A stretch of DNA of 63,843 nucleotides, counting the filler, from Octopus bimaculoides (lineage: Eukaryota): assembly GCF_001194135.2 (NCBI RefSeq). It is 8 parts of 7 records of this genome, joined end to end, with 100 filler letters (N's around TTAATTAATTAA, not from the genome) between each part and the next. Parts side by side here need not be neighbours in the genome. Positions count along the whole stretch, not along the records: positions 1 to 12,375 come from NW_026407017.1; 7 more parts are not named here. One strand, written 5' to 3'. Numbering within the stretch: the first letter of the stretch is position 1; every line of letters begins with the position of its first letter. Shown here piece after piece: positions 1-11,405 of this stretch. A program made the position numbers and the translations under genes. A model generated the notes under the pieces. It did no database searches, had not been told where the DNA came from, and was given only the letters and a program-made list of their open reading frames with translations.

Positions 1-251
1 GTATTGAATCTTATTTTGTATTAAATCTAATTTTGATTCAACATCTTTTTTCCTCCATTTTTCTATAATTATTTGTTATTTTTATACCTATAACGATATT
101 TTTCAACTACTATTTTCATATTCTTATTACTTCTCTGACTGTTTTTTATGAATATAATCAATCTCTATTAGAAATCATTCTTTCTCTCTTTTTGGACCTC
201 TTAAAAGTTTGAATTGTTCTCTTTTGAACTTAATTTTTCCCATATATATAT

Positions 252-1175
252 ATATATATATCATCATCATCATCATTATCATCATCGTTTAACATCCGCT
301 TTCCATGCTAGCATGGGTTGAATGATTTGACTGAGGACTGGTGAACCAGAAGGCTGCACCAGGATCCAATGTGATCTGGCATAGTTTCTACAGCTGGATG
401 CCCTTCCTAATGCCAACCACTCCGAGGGTGTAGTGGGTGCTTTTTACATGCCACCGGCACAGGAGCCAGTAAGGTGGACCTGGCAACAATCATGTTCGGA
501 TGGTGTGTTTTACATACTACCAGCACAGGAGCTAGTCAGGTGGTACTGGCATCAGCCACAATCGGTTGGTGTTTTGTACATGCCACTGGCACAGGAGCCA
601 GTCAGGCAAACCTGACATCGACAATGTTCAGATGGTGCTTTTTACATGCCATTGGCATGGAAGCCAGCCAGGGGGCACCGGCCCCAGCCACAATATTGGT
701 TTCACTTAATTCAACAGGTCTTCTCAAGCATATCGTATCACATCAGGAGTATTCTTAACAGGACTGGACAAGTGTGGCTGCAATCTTACTTTAGTTGCTG
801 GGACTTCTCAATCACAGCGTATCCCCAAAGGTCTTGGTCACTTGTCATTGCCTCTGTGACACCCAATGTTCGAAGGTCATGCTTCACCACCTCATCCTTG
901 TCTTTCTGGGTCTACATCTTTTACCGGTTCCTTCTACAATTAGGGAGTGGCACTTCCTCACACAGCTGTCTTCATTCATATGTAACACATGGCCATACCA
1001 GCACAGTCTCCTCTCTTGCACACCATATTTGATGCTTCTTATGCCCAACTTTTCTCTCAGGGTGCTTACACTCTGTCGTGTATGCACACTGACATTATAC
1101 ATGCAGCGGATCATACTAGCTTCGCTTCCTTCAAGCCTACGCATGTCCTGTTATTTTCTTTCTATTCTATTATTT
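252..1175 (-). mobile_element. RTE-clade LINE, 5'-truncated: ORF C-terminus, 3'UTR and (GAT)n tail
   Basis: Minus ORF 884-1144 (RRLEGSEASMIRCM...ERRLCWYGHVLHMNEDSCVRKC...RPRKT) matches the RTE RT C-terminal pattern RRLRWYGHV.RM...GRPRKTW. It continues into the 3'UTR 'ggaagggcatccagc...catgctagcatggaaagcgg' and ends in (GAT)n at 261-287. Confidence 0.9.
437..700. repeat. Four ~66-bp tandem units inside the RTE 3'UTR
   Basis: Unit 'ggtgctttttacatgccaccggcacaggagccagt...' recurs at about 437, 503, 568 and 634. The 22-aa periodicity of ORF 433-615 reflects it. Confidence 0.85.
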
Positions 1176-1204
1176 TTAAGAAGGGAAACAAAAAATTAGT
1201 GGTC

Positions 1205-1375
1205 AAGACAGAGAAAGCAGATATTTTACTGCTTGCCTTTCAGCTGTGTTAAGTTGTCAACAGAAAGCAAATTTTTTACTGCATGCTTTCAGTCATAGTA
1301 AGAGCAGTGACCAAGAAAGTGAAAGACAGAGAAAGCAGATATTCTACTGGTTACCTTTCAGCCATGTTAAACCAG
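1205..1375. repeat. Degenerate local repeat, about 3 copies
   Basis: '(agac)agagaaagcagatattttactg...ctttcagc' recurs at about 1207, 1259 and 1324. Confidence 0.6.
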
Positions 1376-1599
1376 CAGACATGTCCACTTTTTTTTCTCT
1401 TGAAGCGCTGATGCTTTTACTGTTTTGTGCTGCAAAAAGATAAAAAACTTGCCTATTCTGAGGATTTCCTGAGGCTTTCCTCAAAGTCGGACAGATTTAG
1501 ATGAGATATGCATATTTAGTCAATTTACAAGTTTGTTTTATTGCTTTCTGATATATTTCGTACAATTATTCGGTACCGAAGAGTACACATTTTATCTTT

Positions 1600-1853
1600 T
1601 ATTTTCTACTTGTTTCAACTTGTAGATTGTGACCATGTTGTGGCACAACCTTAAATAATTTTTAGTCTAATGAATCTACCCCAGTACTTTTTTTAAAGCC
1701 TGGTGCTTGTTCTTTTGGTTTCTCATACCGAACTGCTAAGTTACGGGAATGTAAACACACCAATGCCAGTTGTCAAGAATTGGTGGAGGACAAATACACG
1801 CACAAAGACACACACAGACACACACACACACACACATATATATATAAATATAT
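1600..1853 (-). mobile_element. SINE family B, 3' half
   Basis: Similar to 18679-18900 (tail 'acttgtttca...', 'ccgaactgctaagttac', 'gttgtcaag'). Runs into a CA/TA microsatellite and a gap. Confidence 0.75.
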
Positions 1854-2816
1854 ANNNNNNNNNNNNNNNNNNNNNNNNNNNNNNNNNNNNNNNNNNNNNN
1901 NNNNNNNNNNNNNNNNNNNNNNNNNNNNNNNNNNNNNNNNNNNNNNNNNNNNNNNNNNNNNNNNNNNNNNNNNNNNNNNNNNNNNNNNNNNNNNNNNNNN
2001 NNNNNNNNNNNNNNNNNNNTATATATATGTTGTTAAGGTGTTGGTTGCCAGTTAACAGTTTGCATTATGATATATGTTGGAGTCAGCAGTTAATGATTGT
2101 ATTGGGTGTTGCTGTTGCAGATGTGCAAGATGGAAGAAGAACAGTGATCGAAGTTGTAAAGAAATATTTATTTACCGTTACTTTGTATAAAGCCATGCCT
2201 CAACAGGCATGTGTGTGTATCATATATAAACAATAGAGTTATCTTTTCTTGTATGTTGTTGCTGTTTATGCTTGGTCAACTGCTAGCTGGTTAACTAGGA
2301 ATTAGAGGAAGATAGAGTGAATGTTAAGTGTAGGAAGTCGATAAAATGATACCTTCATTGTGCCTGACATCTAAACAGCAGTGGTGTTGTGATAAGACAC
2401 TGTATCATAGATGAACATTCTCACTGTAAGCCTTCTCTCAGTTGAGTTATCTCACTCACTGGATTCTGCCTGTGGTCGCCTTTGCGTCATCTCCTTTTTG
2501 CCAACAAACTTTTTCCTACCATGTTTTAGTATTTATAATTATCCAAACTAGTTAGAAGGAGAGACATATTTTTGGGAACAATGAATTTCACTGGCGGTCT
2601 GTTATCTTTATTCTAGCTTTTGGTGGCCTAGAAGGGTCAAATGGCAAAGGAATGTCATCACTATTTTGATTGGAAGTATTATGAATAATCTGAGTGAATG
2701 ACGAGATGACCCATTCTGAACAAATTTTTCTGTTTCCTATGTCTGTTAGTTTGTCAGTATAAGAACACATTTTCTCCGCTTTGAAGTTATATTGAAAATG
2801 AATATCACTTTTATGT

Positions 2817-3060
2817 GATATTCAAAACGAAATCATTTAATTGTATAGCTGTTACAAGTGAAGGTGTAATTAAGCCAATCATAAAGAAAAACAGCATTTG
2901 TTGCTGTTATGTTTGGTGAAGCTACAAATCTTCGAATGAAATCTTAACTGTCACACATTTTGCAATTTGTTGATGAGAAGAACAGCTTCAAGAAAGGTTT
3001 AGTGAATAAGTTGATGTCAGTAAAGACAGAAACGCTGCATCACTGACAGAAGTTGTACAA
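2817..3060 (+). mobile_element. hAT (Tip100/ZMYM1-like) transposase fossil
   Basis: Hand translation across frameshifts and stops: DIQNEII...TAFVAVMFGEATNL..KS*LSHILQFVDEK..QLQERFSE*VDVSKDRNAASLTEVVQ. This matches the IQNE.I / DET.D / .QERF....V...A pattern, with the catalytic D mutated. Confidence 0.75.
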
Positions 3061-3689
3061 TCAGCTTCAAGAGTTTGTGAATGTTGAATTTTCTTCCAAA
3101 CTTTAAAAAGAATTCTGACTTATTTCTCAGAGTTGACAGCTTGAGTAGCTACTACAGGATGAAATTGTTGGAAGGTGATTTCCAAAGTTATATGTATGTT
3201 ACTCGTGTATTACTAACTACTTCAAAATGGTGCATCATAGGTGGGGGGGGGGACTATTTTCATTTTCAGACTCCCCATATTTCAAAGTATATAATACTAC
3301 ACTTCTCGTGTAAAGCAGGGGAGGGTGGAACACTTGGAACACACTCCCAACCACCATGGGAGGTGGGGGAGGCTGCATGCCCTAGTTTCCTAGTCACCCT
3401 TCACCACTGATATGTATGTATGTATGTGTATATATNNNNNNNNNNNNNNNNNNNNNNNNNNNNNNNNNNNNNNNNNNNNNNNNNNNNNNNNNNNNNNNNN
3501 NNNNNNNNNNNNNNNNNNNNNNNNNNNNNNNATTATATCGTTTAAATTTATTTATGGGAAATGTTTTGAATATACAAATAAAGCTCCTATTCTATTATGC
3601 CGGCCACAGTCTAATGACACTGGCTGGTGAACCAGGTTATGGAGGCTACATCAAACTGTACCAATATATTGTAAGATAAATATAGTTAT

Positions 3690-4012
3690 AATAACAGTAA
3701 TCTTGGATGGAATTTCTAAACATTTAAATGCATCGCTACATGCATTTCCACAAATCACATGTCTCTTAAGGTCACAGTATTCCTAGAATGATTACAGTGT
3801 AGTCCATAGTATCTATAGACAACCTTCGCACTGATCAAAAGGGATAAGCATCCCTCAGTTAAATATCCATTAAAGTTATATCGCCTGAAGAAATGAATCC
3901 TTGAAGATGATCTACCCAATGCTCATGAATACTAAAGACTACACTGTAATCATCCCAGAAATATGGATTGTGATCTTAAGAGACTCCAACCAAAGATTAT
4001 TGTTATTATTAT
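3690..4012. mobile_element. Foldback / MITE-like element
   Basis: 3761-3812 is the inverted repeat of 3927-3984, and outer arms 3690-3717 and 3985-4012 also pair. Central hairpin AGGGAT-AAGC-ATCCCT. Confidence 0.7.
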
Positions 4013-4142
4013 TATTTTTGTATAATATATTATATTATATTATGTAATATCTATCTATTTATATTTATATGTATATATATATTAGTATATATACACACAT
4101 ATACACACAAACACTTATACTAATTTCTTATTATCATTACAG

Positions 4143-4394
4143 TAAAATCTGGACAGCTGTTCGCTAAAGTGGCCCTACAAGATCGGTCCACTCGACCATC
4201 AACGCTCGAAAGTATGCCAGGAGGCCGTGGCTATCGCTACATCAACCAACAGTCCCCGAACGAGCACTTTGAAGTTAATCCAATGGAGAACCTAAGAACA
4301 AGGAATGCAGTTCACTGTGCCATCATCCTTGAAGAATTCCTCAAAGAACTAGCAGCTTTGTCCCAGGAGCATTCTGTCCTATTATGGGGAACCT
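4143..4394 (+). CDS. Candidate coding exon of an unidentified protein (KSGQLFAKVALQDRSTRPSTLESMPGGRGYRYINQQSPNEHFEVNPMENLRTRNAVHCAIILEEFLKELAALSQEHSVLLWGT)
   Basis: Acceptor 'ttatcattacAG' at 4141-4142 and donor 'GTATGT' at 4395; 252 nt, phase 1 to phase 1. Only one frame is open. GC-richer, non-repetitive, protein-like composition. Family not recognised. Confidence 0.65.
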
Positions 4395-4528
4395 GTATGT
4401 GATCTTTGATCTTGTACCAGTACAATGTTACACATGTATGTGTGTGTATACACACATGCATGCTCACACATTCACACACACTCAGACATATGCTCACTCA
4501 TACACATGCCTGTGTGTGTATCTGTATG

Positions 4529-4577
<49 letters not shown>

Positions 4578-4699
4578 CACTGCATGGTACAGAAAAAAAT
4601 GTGCTTTCTTATTTTGATTACTGCTGTGTGTTTTTTTTTTGTTTTTTTTTTTTTTTTTTTATTTTCTTTAGCTTTTCTACCTGATAATTTCTTTTGTTT

Positions 4700-5605
4700 G
4701 CTTTCATCCCTCTGTCATTTGAGGTACTGAATTCAAACCCCACAGAAGTCAACCATACCTTTCACCCTTCAGAAGTCAGTAAAATAAAGAAACATTCAAG
4801 TCCTCAAGTCAATTTAATGAACTAACCCATGAGCCCCTGTTACAAATTGTTTTTGTCAAAATTATTTCTTTCATCATCATCACTATTATTATGATTAAGG
4901 CAGTGAGCTGGCAGAGTCATTAGTATGCCGGGTGAAATGCTTAGTGGTATTTCACCTGCAGCTACGTTATGAGTTCAAATTCCGCTGAGGTCGACTTTGC
5001 TTTCATCCTTTCAGGGGTGATAAATTAAGTACCAGTTGCATACTGGGGTCAATGTAATCAACTATCCTCCTCCCCCAAATTTCAGGCCTTGTGCCTTTAG
5101 TAGAAAGGATTATTATTATTAGTAGTAAGGTGGTGAGCTGGCAGAATTGTTAGCACACCTGGCAAAATGCCTAGTAGCATTTCCTATGTTTTTACATTCT
5201 AAGATCAAATTCCACCGAGGTCGACTTTGCTTTTCACCCTTTTGGGATCAATGTAATCAACTTGCTCCCTCCCCGAAAAAATTTCAGGCCTTGTGCCTAT
5301 AGGAGAAAGGATTGTTAGTATCATTATTATTATTGTTTCTATAGCGGGTAGCTGGTTGAATCATGGGCTCACTGGGCAAAATCATCACCATCATCATCAT
5401 CATGATTTTGTCCTGGTAGCATACCAGACAAAATGGTGAGTGGTATTTCATTCATCTTTACTTTCTGAGTTCAAATTCTGCCAAGGTTGACTTTGCCTTT
5501 CATCTTTTCAGGGTTGATAAAATAAGTACCAGCTGAGTACTGGGGTCAATGTAATCAACTTACCTGCTGCCCTGAACTTGCTCTCCTTGTGCCAACATTT
5601 GAAAC

Positions 5606-5650
<45 letters not shown>
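4700..5650 (+). mobile_element. Tandem stack of about 5 SINE family C copies separated by (ATT)n tails
   Basis: Repeated head 'aaggtggtgagctggcaga', B-box-like 'gagttcaaattc' and core 'gaggtcgactttgc.tttcatcctttc.gggt.gataa..taagtaccag', at about 4700, 4897, 5127, 5345 (partial) and 5410. Confidence 0.9.
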
Positions 5651-5657
<7 letters not shown>

Positions 5658-5658
5658 G

Positions 5659-5925
5659 AGAGAGCAGTGCATGCTATCAAAGTGACACTTGGTAAAATAT
5701 ACAAATCCCTGTATACCCATCATGACTATCCATCTGACAAGGGTACACCAAGCACATGCATCAGAACCATATCAAGATAAACAGTGCATGACCTTGCAGG
5801 TGAAGCCCAGTTAGAATTTTCATCAGGTTGAGCAGCCCAACCTGCTCAAAAGGTCCTAGAATAAGGGTTGTTCAAGGATGTTGAACAAAACACCCAGAGG
5901 TGAATTATTCAAGCCCCAAAGAATT
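5659..5925 (+). repeat. Dispersed repeat family G (partial copy)
   Basis: Clear inverted homology to 61510-61970 ('gagagagcagtgcatg..atcaaagtgacact', 'cccagttagaatttt'). Confidence 0.8.
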
Positions 5926-6830
5926 ATTACCTCTACCTTAGTGAAGGCGGATGTTTTCAGCCGTGTTTGTTTGTTTGTTTGTCCATGGACAAGATATCTT
6001 AAGAACCGCTGGATGGATTCGGTTGAAACTTTCAGGGATGTTTGGTCACGTGATTGGCATGAACTGATTAGATTTTGGGATTGATCTGGTGGCGGACAAG
6101 GATTCTAGATTATTTGTTATATCCACTTTACTTTACATGAAGTATTACGATCTCTGATTATCTCCCTTGAAAGCACACTCCTGGTTTCCACATAAATTAT
6201 GGTGGCGTTGCTGTTTCCTAAGTTTCATTTGCATTTCTCTATTGTTAATTTTACTTGCATCTCTATCTTAGTAGAAACTGATGGATAAAGAAATCAAACT
6301 ACATAAACAAATGGCAGCAAAACCGTTCAGAAATTAAATAACACTAACATATTTAGTAACAATAATAAATTTAATTTATCCTTGACAATTTTTAGTTTTA
6401 CCAATTTTAAAACCTCTTACTTATTTGACAATTGCATTTCTTTCTCTGCCTTGAAGGAAGCTTTACTTCTTGGACTCACGTTTTTGTGCGCAATGATGTT
6501 GTTAAACCTCTGTTAACAGCACCGTATGCAGATCCTTTCCATTTTCTTTCCCACACAGATAAATTTTTCACTATCGACATTAATAGTTATAAAGACACTA
6601 TATCAGTGGATAGACTAAAAAAGGTCTTCATAAAGAAAACTGTCCCCGTTTCCACTGCAGACGAGACACACACAGCATTACAAACATGGCCCGCACACCC
6701 GCCTTCACATTCCATGACTACCGTTGGGATTGATCAGGTACCAAACAAGGATTCTGGATTAATTTTCCTTTTTTTTTACTTAATTTTTGAGAGTGGTCAG
6801 GTTCATTTTTAGTATTCTCATTATTATTAT
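5922..6830 (+). mobile_element. Non-autonomous Helentron/DINE-like (HINE-type) element, interrupted
   Basis: Starts 'ttattacctctacc...gttttcagccgtgtttgtttgtttgtttgtcc' (conserved block then GTTT microsatellite), followed by 'ggatggattcggttgaaact...ttagattttggga'. Layout resembles DINE-1/HINE elements. Confidence 0.55.
6450..6640 (+). mobile_element. Ty3/Gypsy integrase C-terminal (GPY/F) fragment
   Basis: ORF 6432-6812 contains THVFVRND.VKPLLTAPYADPF...DKFFTIDINSYKDTISVDRLK, matching V.VR....R.PL..PY.GP......DK.FT.......VSIDRLK. Confidence 0.85.
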
Positions 6831-7160
6831 TAAAGTGGTGAGCTGGCAGAATCACTAATTCCCGTTCTGAGTTCAAATTCTGCCAAGGTCCACTTTGTCC
6901 TTCATCCTTTCAGGGTTGATTAAATAAGTACCAGTTAAGAGCATTGGGGGGGGGGGGGTCAATGCAATCAACTAACCTCCTCCCCCCAGAATTTCAGAAC
7001 CAAGCATTATTATAAAAGTGGGTGAGTCAGTATACTAGTTAGTATCAGACAAAATGCTAAATGGCATTTCTTCCAGCTCTTTATGTTCTAAGTTCAAATC
7101 CCACCAAAGCCAACTTTACCTTTCATCCTTTTGGAGTCAGTAAGATAAAGTATCTGGCCT
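6830..7160 (+). mobile_element. Two SINE family C copies
   Basis: Same head and core as 4700-5650. Confidence 0.85.
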
Positions 7161-7199
7161 CATGAAAAAAATTTTGAAATATTTATGATTTTTATCACT

Positions 7200-7545
7200 T
7201 ATTACTATTACTATATTTTACTCCTCAGAGCTCTCAATTTTACTTGCTCTGGTTAATTCTGTAAGAGCAGACAGCAACCTGTTGTCAAAAGTCTTATAGG
7301 ATCTCTTTCCATGATACTTAACATTCAAGTATCAATCTCAAAATCCTTGCTATCCCCAATAAAGGAGTTTTTTTTTAGCATGTTCTACCCTCATGTCAAT
7401 TCCAATTTCTCCAACATATTTCTGGAAATTGGTTGTTAGTGCTCCAAATGCCCTTCAACTACTGGAATGACAGTCACTCTCTTCATTGCCCACATTCATG
7501 CAATTTCATCTTTTAGTAACTTGTATTCTACCATCTTTTCCATTA
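7200..7545 (-). mobile_element. R4/Dong-like non-LTR retrotransposon 3' end (RLE domain C-terminus)
   Basis: Minus translation across frameshifts: EKMVEYKLLKDEIA*MWAMKRVTVIPVV..FGALTTNFQKYVGEIGI...TPLLGIARILRLILEC*. Matches the EK..KY..L..E....W...V.V.PIV.GALG...LLGTA.ILR pattern. Confidence 0.85.
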
Positions 7546-7609
7546 TTATTATTATTATTATTATTATTAAAATTATGTATCTCTAAGAACCCTAATTTTG
7601 TTCCAACAG

Positions 7610-7739
7610 GATTGCCCTGGGGTTAAACAACGACAAAGAACATCAAAGTAACTGCAATAACATGGTATCAACCAGGGATGGGATTGATCATGATGCTTGC
7701 CAAGATACCCTTCATTTTCATATAACGTCCACTTCAAAA
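7610..7739 (+). CDS. Possible exon (IALGLNNDKEHQSNCNNMVSTRDGIDHDACQDTLHFHITSTSK), or a 3'UTR exon
   Basis: Acceptor 'aattttgttccaacAG' and donor 'GTAATA', with one frame open for 43 codons. Its phase (2) does not match the end of exon 4143-4394; a direct join gives TGA. Confidence 0.3.
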
Positions 7740-7749
7740 GTAATATTGA

Positions 7750-8060
7750 TTTCAAATTTTGGCACAAGGCCAGTAATTTCAAGGGAAAGGGCTAACTGGT
7801 ACTTATTTTATCAACCACAAAAGGATGAAGCATAAAATTGACCTCGACAGAATTTGAACTAAGAACATAAAGGCGGACGGAATGGAATATCATCCTGCTT
7901 TACATTCTGAGTATAAATTCTATCAAGGTCAACTTTACATTTCGTCCTTTTGGGGATGATATAAGTACCAGTTGAACACTGCAGTTAATGCAATCAACTA
8001 GTCCCCTCCTTCAAAATTTCAGGCCTTGAGCCTATTGTAGAAAGAATTATTATTATCATT
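7750..8060. mobile_element. Two SINE family C copies, first minus then plus
   Basis: Reverse core 'ctggtacttattttatc...ttgacctcg...aatttgaact' at 7795-7860; forward core at 7905-8040. Confidence 0.8.
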
Positions 8061-8231
8061 ATTATTAACAAAATATTTTGTGGTATCTAGTTGCATCCCT
8101 TTGTGTTCTATGAACAGAAGAATGACAAGGATAGGGATTAGACAAATAATACATTACTAGCATCAATGATTTATACTCCTCTCTTACTACTGCTGCTAAT
8201 TCTACTGCTGTAACAAGTAATTTTGTTTGAT

Positions 8232-8617
8232 AGGTACAGGTATGGCTATGTGAATACAGAGTTTATATCTTAACTACGTTTCATGATCTACCTATCACTG
8301 TGTGGTAACTTGCTCAAGTGTCAAGACCAGATCCTTGTGAGTGAATTTGGTATATGGAAACTGAATGAAGCCCATGTGTGTGTGTGTTTGTATCTCTTTA
8401 ACTTGATATCATGTGATAGTTGTAAATGAGTGTCACAATTGTCGTTAATTTCTGATATTCTGTGAAAACAAATCTGACGTTGAAGAAATATTAACTTGCT
8501 TGAAAATAGGTGGAGGGTGGCAATAAAAAGGGCATCCGTCCATTGCAAAATCTGCCTCTTATAAACTTCATCCAGTCCATGCAAGCATGGAAAGTGGACA
8601 TTAAATGATGATGATGA
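8232..8617 (+). mobile_element. Composite SINE: family B head with RTE-like 3' tail
   Basis: Head and 'cttgtgagtgaatttggta..tggaaactga..gaagccc' as in family B. Ends 'aagggcatcc...catgcaagcatggaaagtggacattaaatgatgatgat', like the RTE 3' end. Confidence 0.75.
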
Positions 8618-8694
8618 TTTGGAAAATGTATGATATATGTGTGTGTGTATGTGTATATATATGTATGTGTATATATATGTATGTATGTATATAT

Positions 8695-8930
8695 ATCATC
8701 ATCATCATCATCATCATCGTTTAACGTCCGCTTTCCATGCTAGCATGGGTTGGAAGATCTGATTGAGGACTGGTGAAACCGGATGGCAACACCAGGCTCC
8801 AATCTAATTTGGCAGAGTTTCTACAGCTGGATGCCCTTCCTAACGCCAACCACTCAGAGAGTGTAGTGGGTGCTTTTACGTGTCACCCGCACGAAAACGG
8901 CCACGCTCGAAATGGTGTCTTTTATGTGCC
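8695..8930 (-). mobile_element. RTE 3'UTR copy, cut by gap
   Basis: Near-identical to 261-450, with a (CAT)n tail next to (TA/TG)n. Confidence 0.9.
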
Positions 8931-9696
8931 NNNNNNNNNNNNNNNNNNNNNNNNNNNNNNNNNNNNNNNNNNNNNNNNNNNNNNNNNNNNNNNNNNNNNN
9001 NNNNNNNNNNNNNNNNNNNNNNNNNNNNNNNNNNNNNNNNNNNNNNNNNNNNNNNNNNNNNNNNNNNNNNNNNNNNNNNNNNNNNNNNNNNNNNNNNNNN
9101 NNNNNNNNNNNNNNNNNNNNNNNNNNNNNNNNNNNNNNNNNNNNNNNNNNNNNNNNNNNNNNNNNNNNNNNNNNNNNNNNNNNNNNNNNNNNNNNNNNNN
9201 NNNNNNNNNNNNNNNNNNNNNNNNNNNNNNNNNNNNNNNNNNNNNNNNNNNNNNNNNNNNNNNNNNNNNNNNNNNNNNNNNNNNNNNNNNNNNNNNNNNN
9301 NNNNNNNNNNNNNNNNNNNNNNNNNNNNNNNNNNNNNNNNNNNNNNNNNNNNNNNNNNNNNNNNNNNNNNNNNNNNNNNNNNNNNNNNNNNNNNNNNNNN
9401 NNNNNNNNNNNNNNNNNNNNNNNNNNNNNNNNNNNNNNNNNNNNNNNNNNNNNNNNNNNNNNNNNNNNNNNNNNNNNNNNNNNNNNNNNNNNNNNNNNNN
9501 NNNNNNNNNNNNNNNNNNNNNNNNNNNNNNNNNNNNNNNNNNNNNNNNNNNNNNNNNNNNNNNNNNNNNNNNNNNNNNNNNNNNNNNNNNNNNNNNNNNN
9601 NNNNNNNNNNNNNNNNNNNNNNNNNNNNNNNNNNNNNNNNNNNNNNNNNNNNNNNNNNNNNNNNNNNNNNNNNNNNNNNATATATATATATATGTA

Positions 9697-9733
<37 letters not shown>

Positions 9734-9881
9734 TTATTGTAGTTCACTTGAAGCATTGTGTATTGTTTGTAAAGAATAAAAAGTTTTGAATGGTACAACA
9801 ATGCACTATAATACAAACAATGGACTATATACCTGTTGTAATTTAGTCATCCATAGTTGATATAATATAATATGATAATGT

Positions 9882-10040
9882 ATATGGCTGTGTGGTAAGA
9901 AGCTTGCTTCCCAACCACAGGGTTCTGGGTTCAATCCCACTGTGCAGTACCCTGGGCAAATGTCTATTATAGCCTTAGACTGACCAAAGCCTTGTGAGTG
10001 GATTTGGTAGACAGAAACTGAAGGAAGCCCATCATATATA
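9882..10040 (+). mobile_element. SINE family B 5' half with tRNA-like head
   Basis: 'tggctgtgtggtaag' A-box-like and 'ggttcaatccc' B-box, then 'gccttgtgagtggatttggtagac'. Confidence 0.9.
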
Positions 10041-10042
10041 TA

Positions 10043-10660
10043 TATCATCATCATCATGATTATCGTTTAATGTCTGCTTTCCATGCTAGCATGGGTTGGA
10101 CGATTTGACTGAGGACTGGTGAACCAGATAGCTACAACAGGCTCCAATGTGATTTGGCAGAGTTTCTACAGCTGGATGCCCTTCCTAATGCCAACCACTC
10201 ATCATCATCATCATTTAATGTCCATTCTCCATGCTGGCATAGGTCGGATGATTTGACCAAAGCTGGCAAACTGGGGAGCTGCACCAGACGCCAGTCTGAT
10301 TTGGCATGGTTTCTGCAGTTGGATGCCCTTCCTAATGCCAACCACTTACAGAGTGTGCTGGGTGCTTTTATGTGATGCCACACACAGGCACTTCTATACA
10401 GAACTGTATAGGTGCTTTTACATGACACTGTCACAAATGCTTTACACTACCAGAGGGACTGGTCTTAGCACTTCTGTTGCAGAGTACCAGCAAGACTTCA
10501 GGCATCTGGGTCCTTTGTCATCTCACCTGAAAGGTTTGGCATCCTGAAGTCATTCTTCAGCTCTTCATCCTATGTTTTCCTGGGTCTCCCATTTCCACGT
10601 GTTCCATCTACTTTGAGAGATTGGCACTTCTTCATGGAACTGTTGGCATCCATCCAATAT
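10043..10660 (-). mobile_element. Two nested or adjacent RTE 3' fragments
   Basis: 3'UTR with (CAT)n at 10043-10200. A second copy at 10201-10660 includes the ORF end ('ttttcctgggtctcccatttccacg' = minus GRPRKT). Confidence 0.85.
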
Positions 10661-11367
10661 ATACATTAATATTTAGTGAAAGCAATAGAGCAATTCAAGG
10701 TTTGAGGGCCTTGTGCATTGGCACCTATCAAATCAGTTACAGGCTTAAGGGCTATGGGGCCTATGTAGTTGTTGAAAATCACATCCTCCTCTGGATCGTT
10801 CCAGATCCAATCTCCAAATCACAACAATGCCACATGGACAATTCATACCTCTCAAACAGCTTACCTGTTATGTCATTCAATAGTAAATACATAAAAAACT
10901 AAATTTAATAAGTAACTACATAAATATGTCATTCAATAGATAAATATATAAATAAGTAAAGAAATGAAGAGAGAATAAAAGAAACCTTGTGCATACCTTC
11001 ACATACACACACTCAAAATTTGCACACACTATTATATACATGAGAAAGAGTATATAAATTAGAAATATAAGCATATGGAACTTTAGTCTTTTGAAGGGTT
11101 ATTCATTTACAGCTGAGTGGAGTGGAGGAAAATGAAAATAAAGTATTTTGCACAAGAGAAAAAATGTACTGCCCAGTCTAGGAATCAAAGCCATGATTTT
11201 ATTTCATGTCCCATTAAATTATGATTTCGAATCCTTCAGTGGTCCACTTTTTATTTAATCTTTCTAGGATCAATAGAATGCAGTATCAGTAAAATATTAT
11301 AGGTAGGAGTGTAACTGCCTTTGCTTATTGATTGCTCCCAAATTTCTCGCATGTGCCACTGTTAGAA

Positions 11368-11402
<35 letters not shown>

Positions 11403-11405
<3 letters not shown>

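Noticed and set aside
325-355. CUGAGGA-CUGG-UGAA-CCAG as a hammerhead in the RTE UTR antisense
   Set aside because: No GAAA after the hairpin in any copy, and no stems I or III.
437-700. CRISPR-like regular repeats
   Set aside because: Contiguous degenerate units with no unique spacers, inside an RTE 3'UTR, and no cas genes.
10621-10902. 93-aa ORF after an RTE fragment
   Set aside because: Begins within RTE antisense sequence; no homology recognised.
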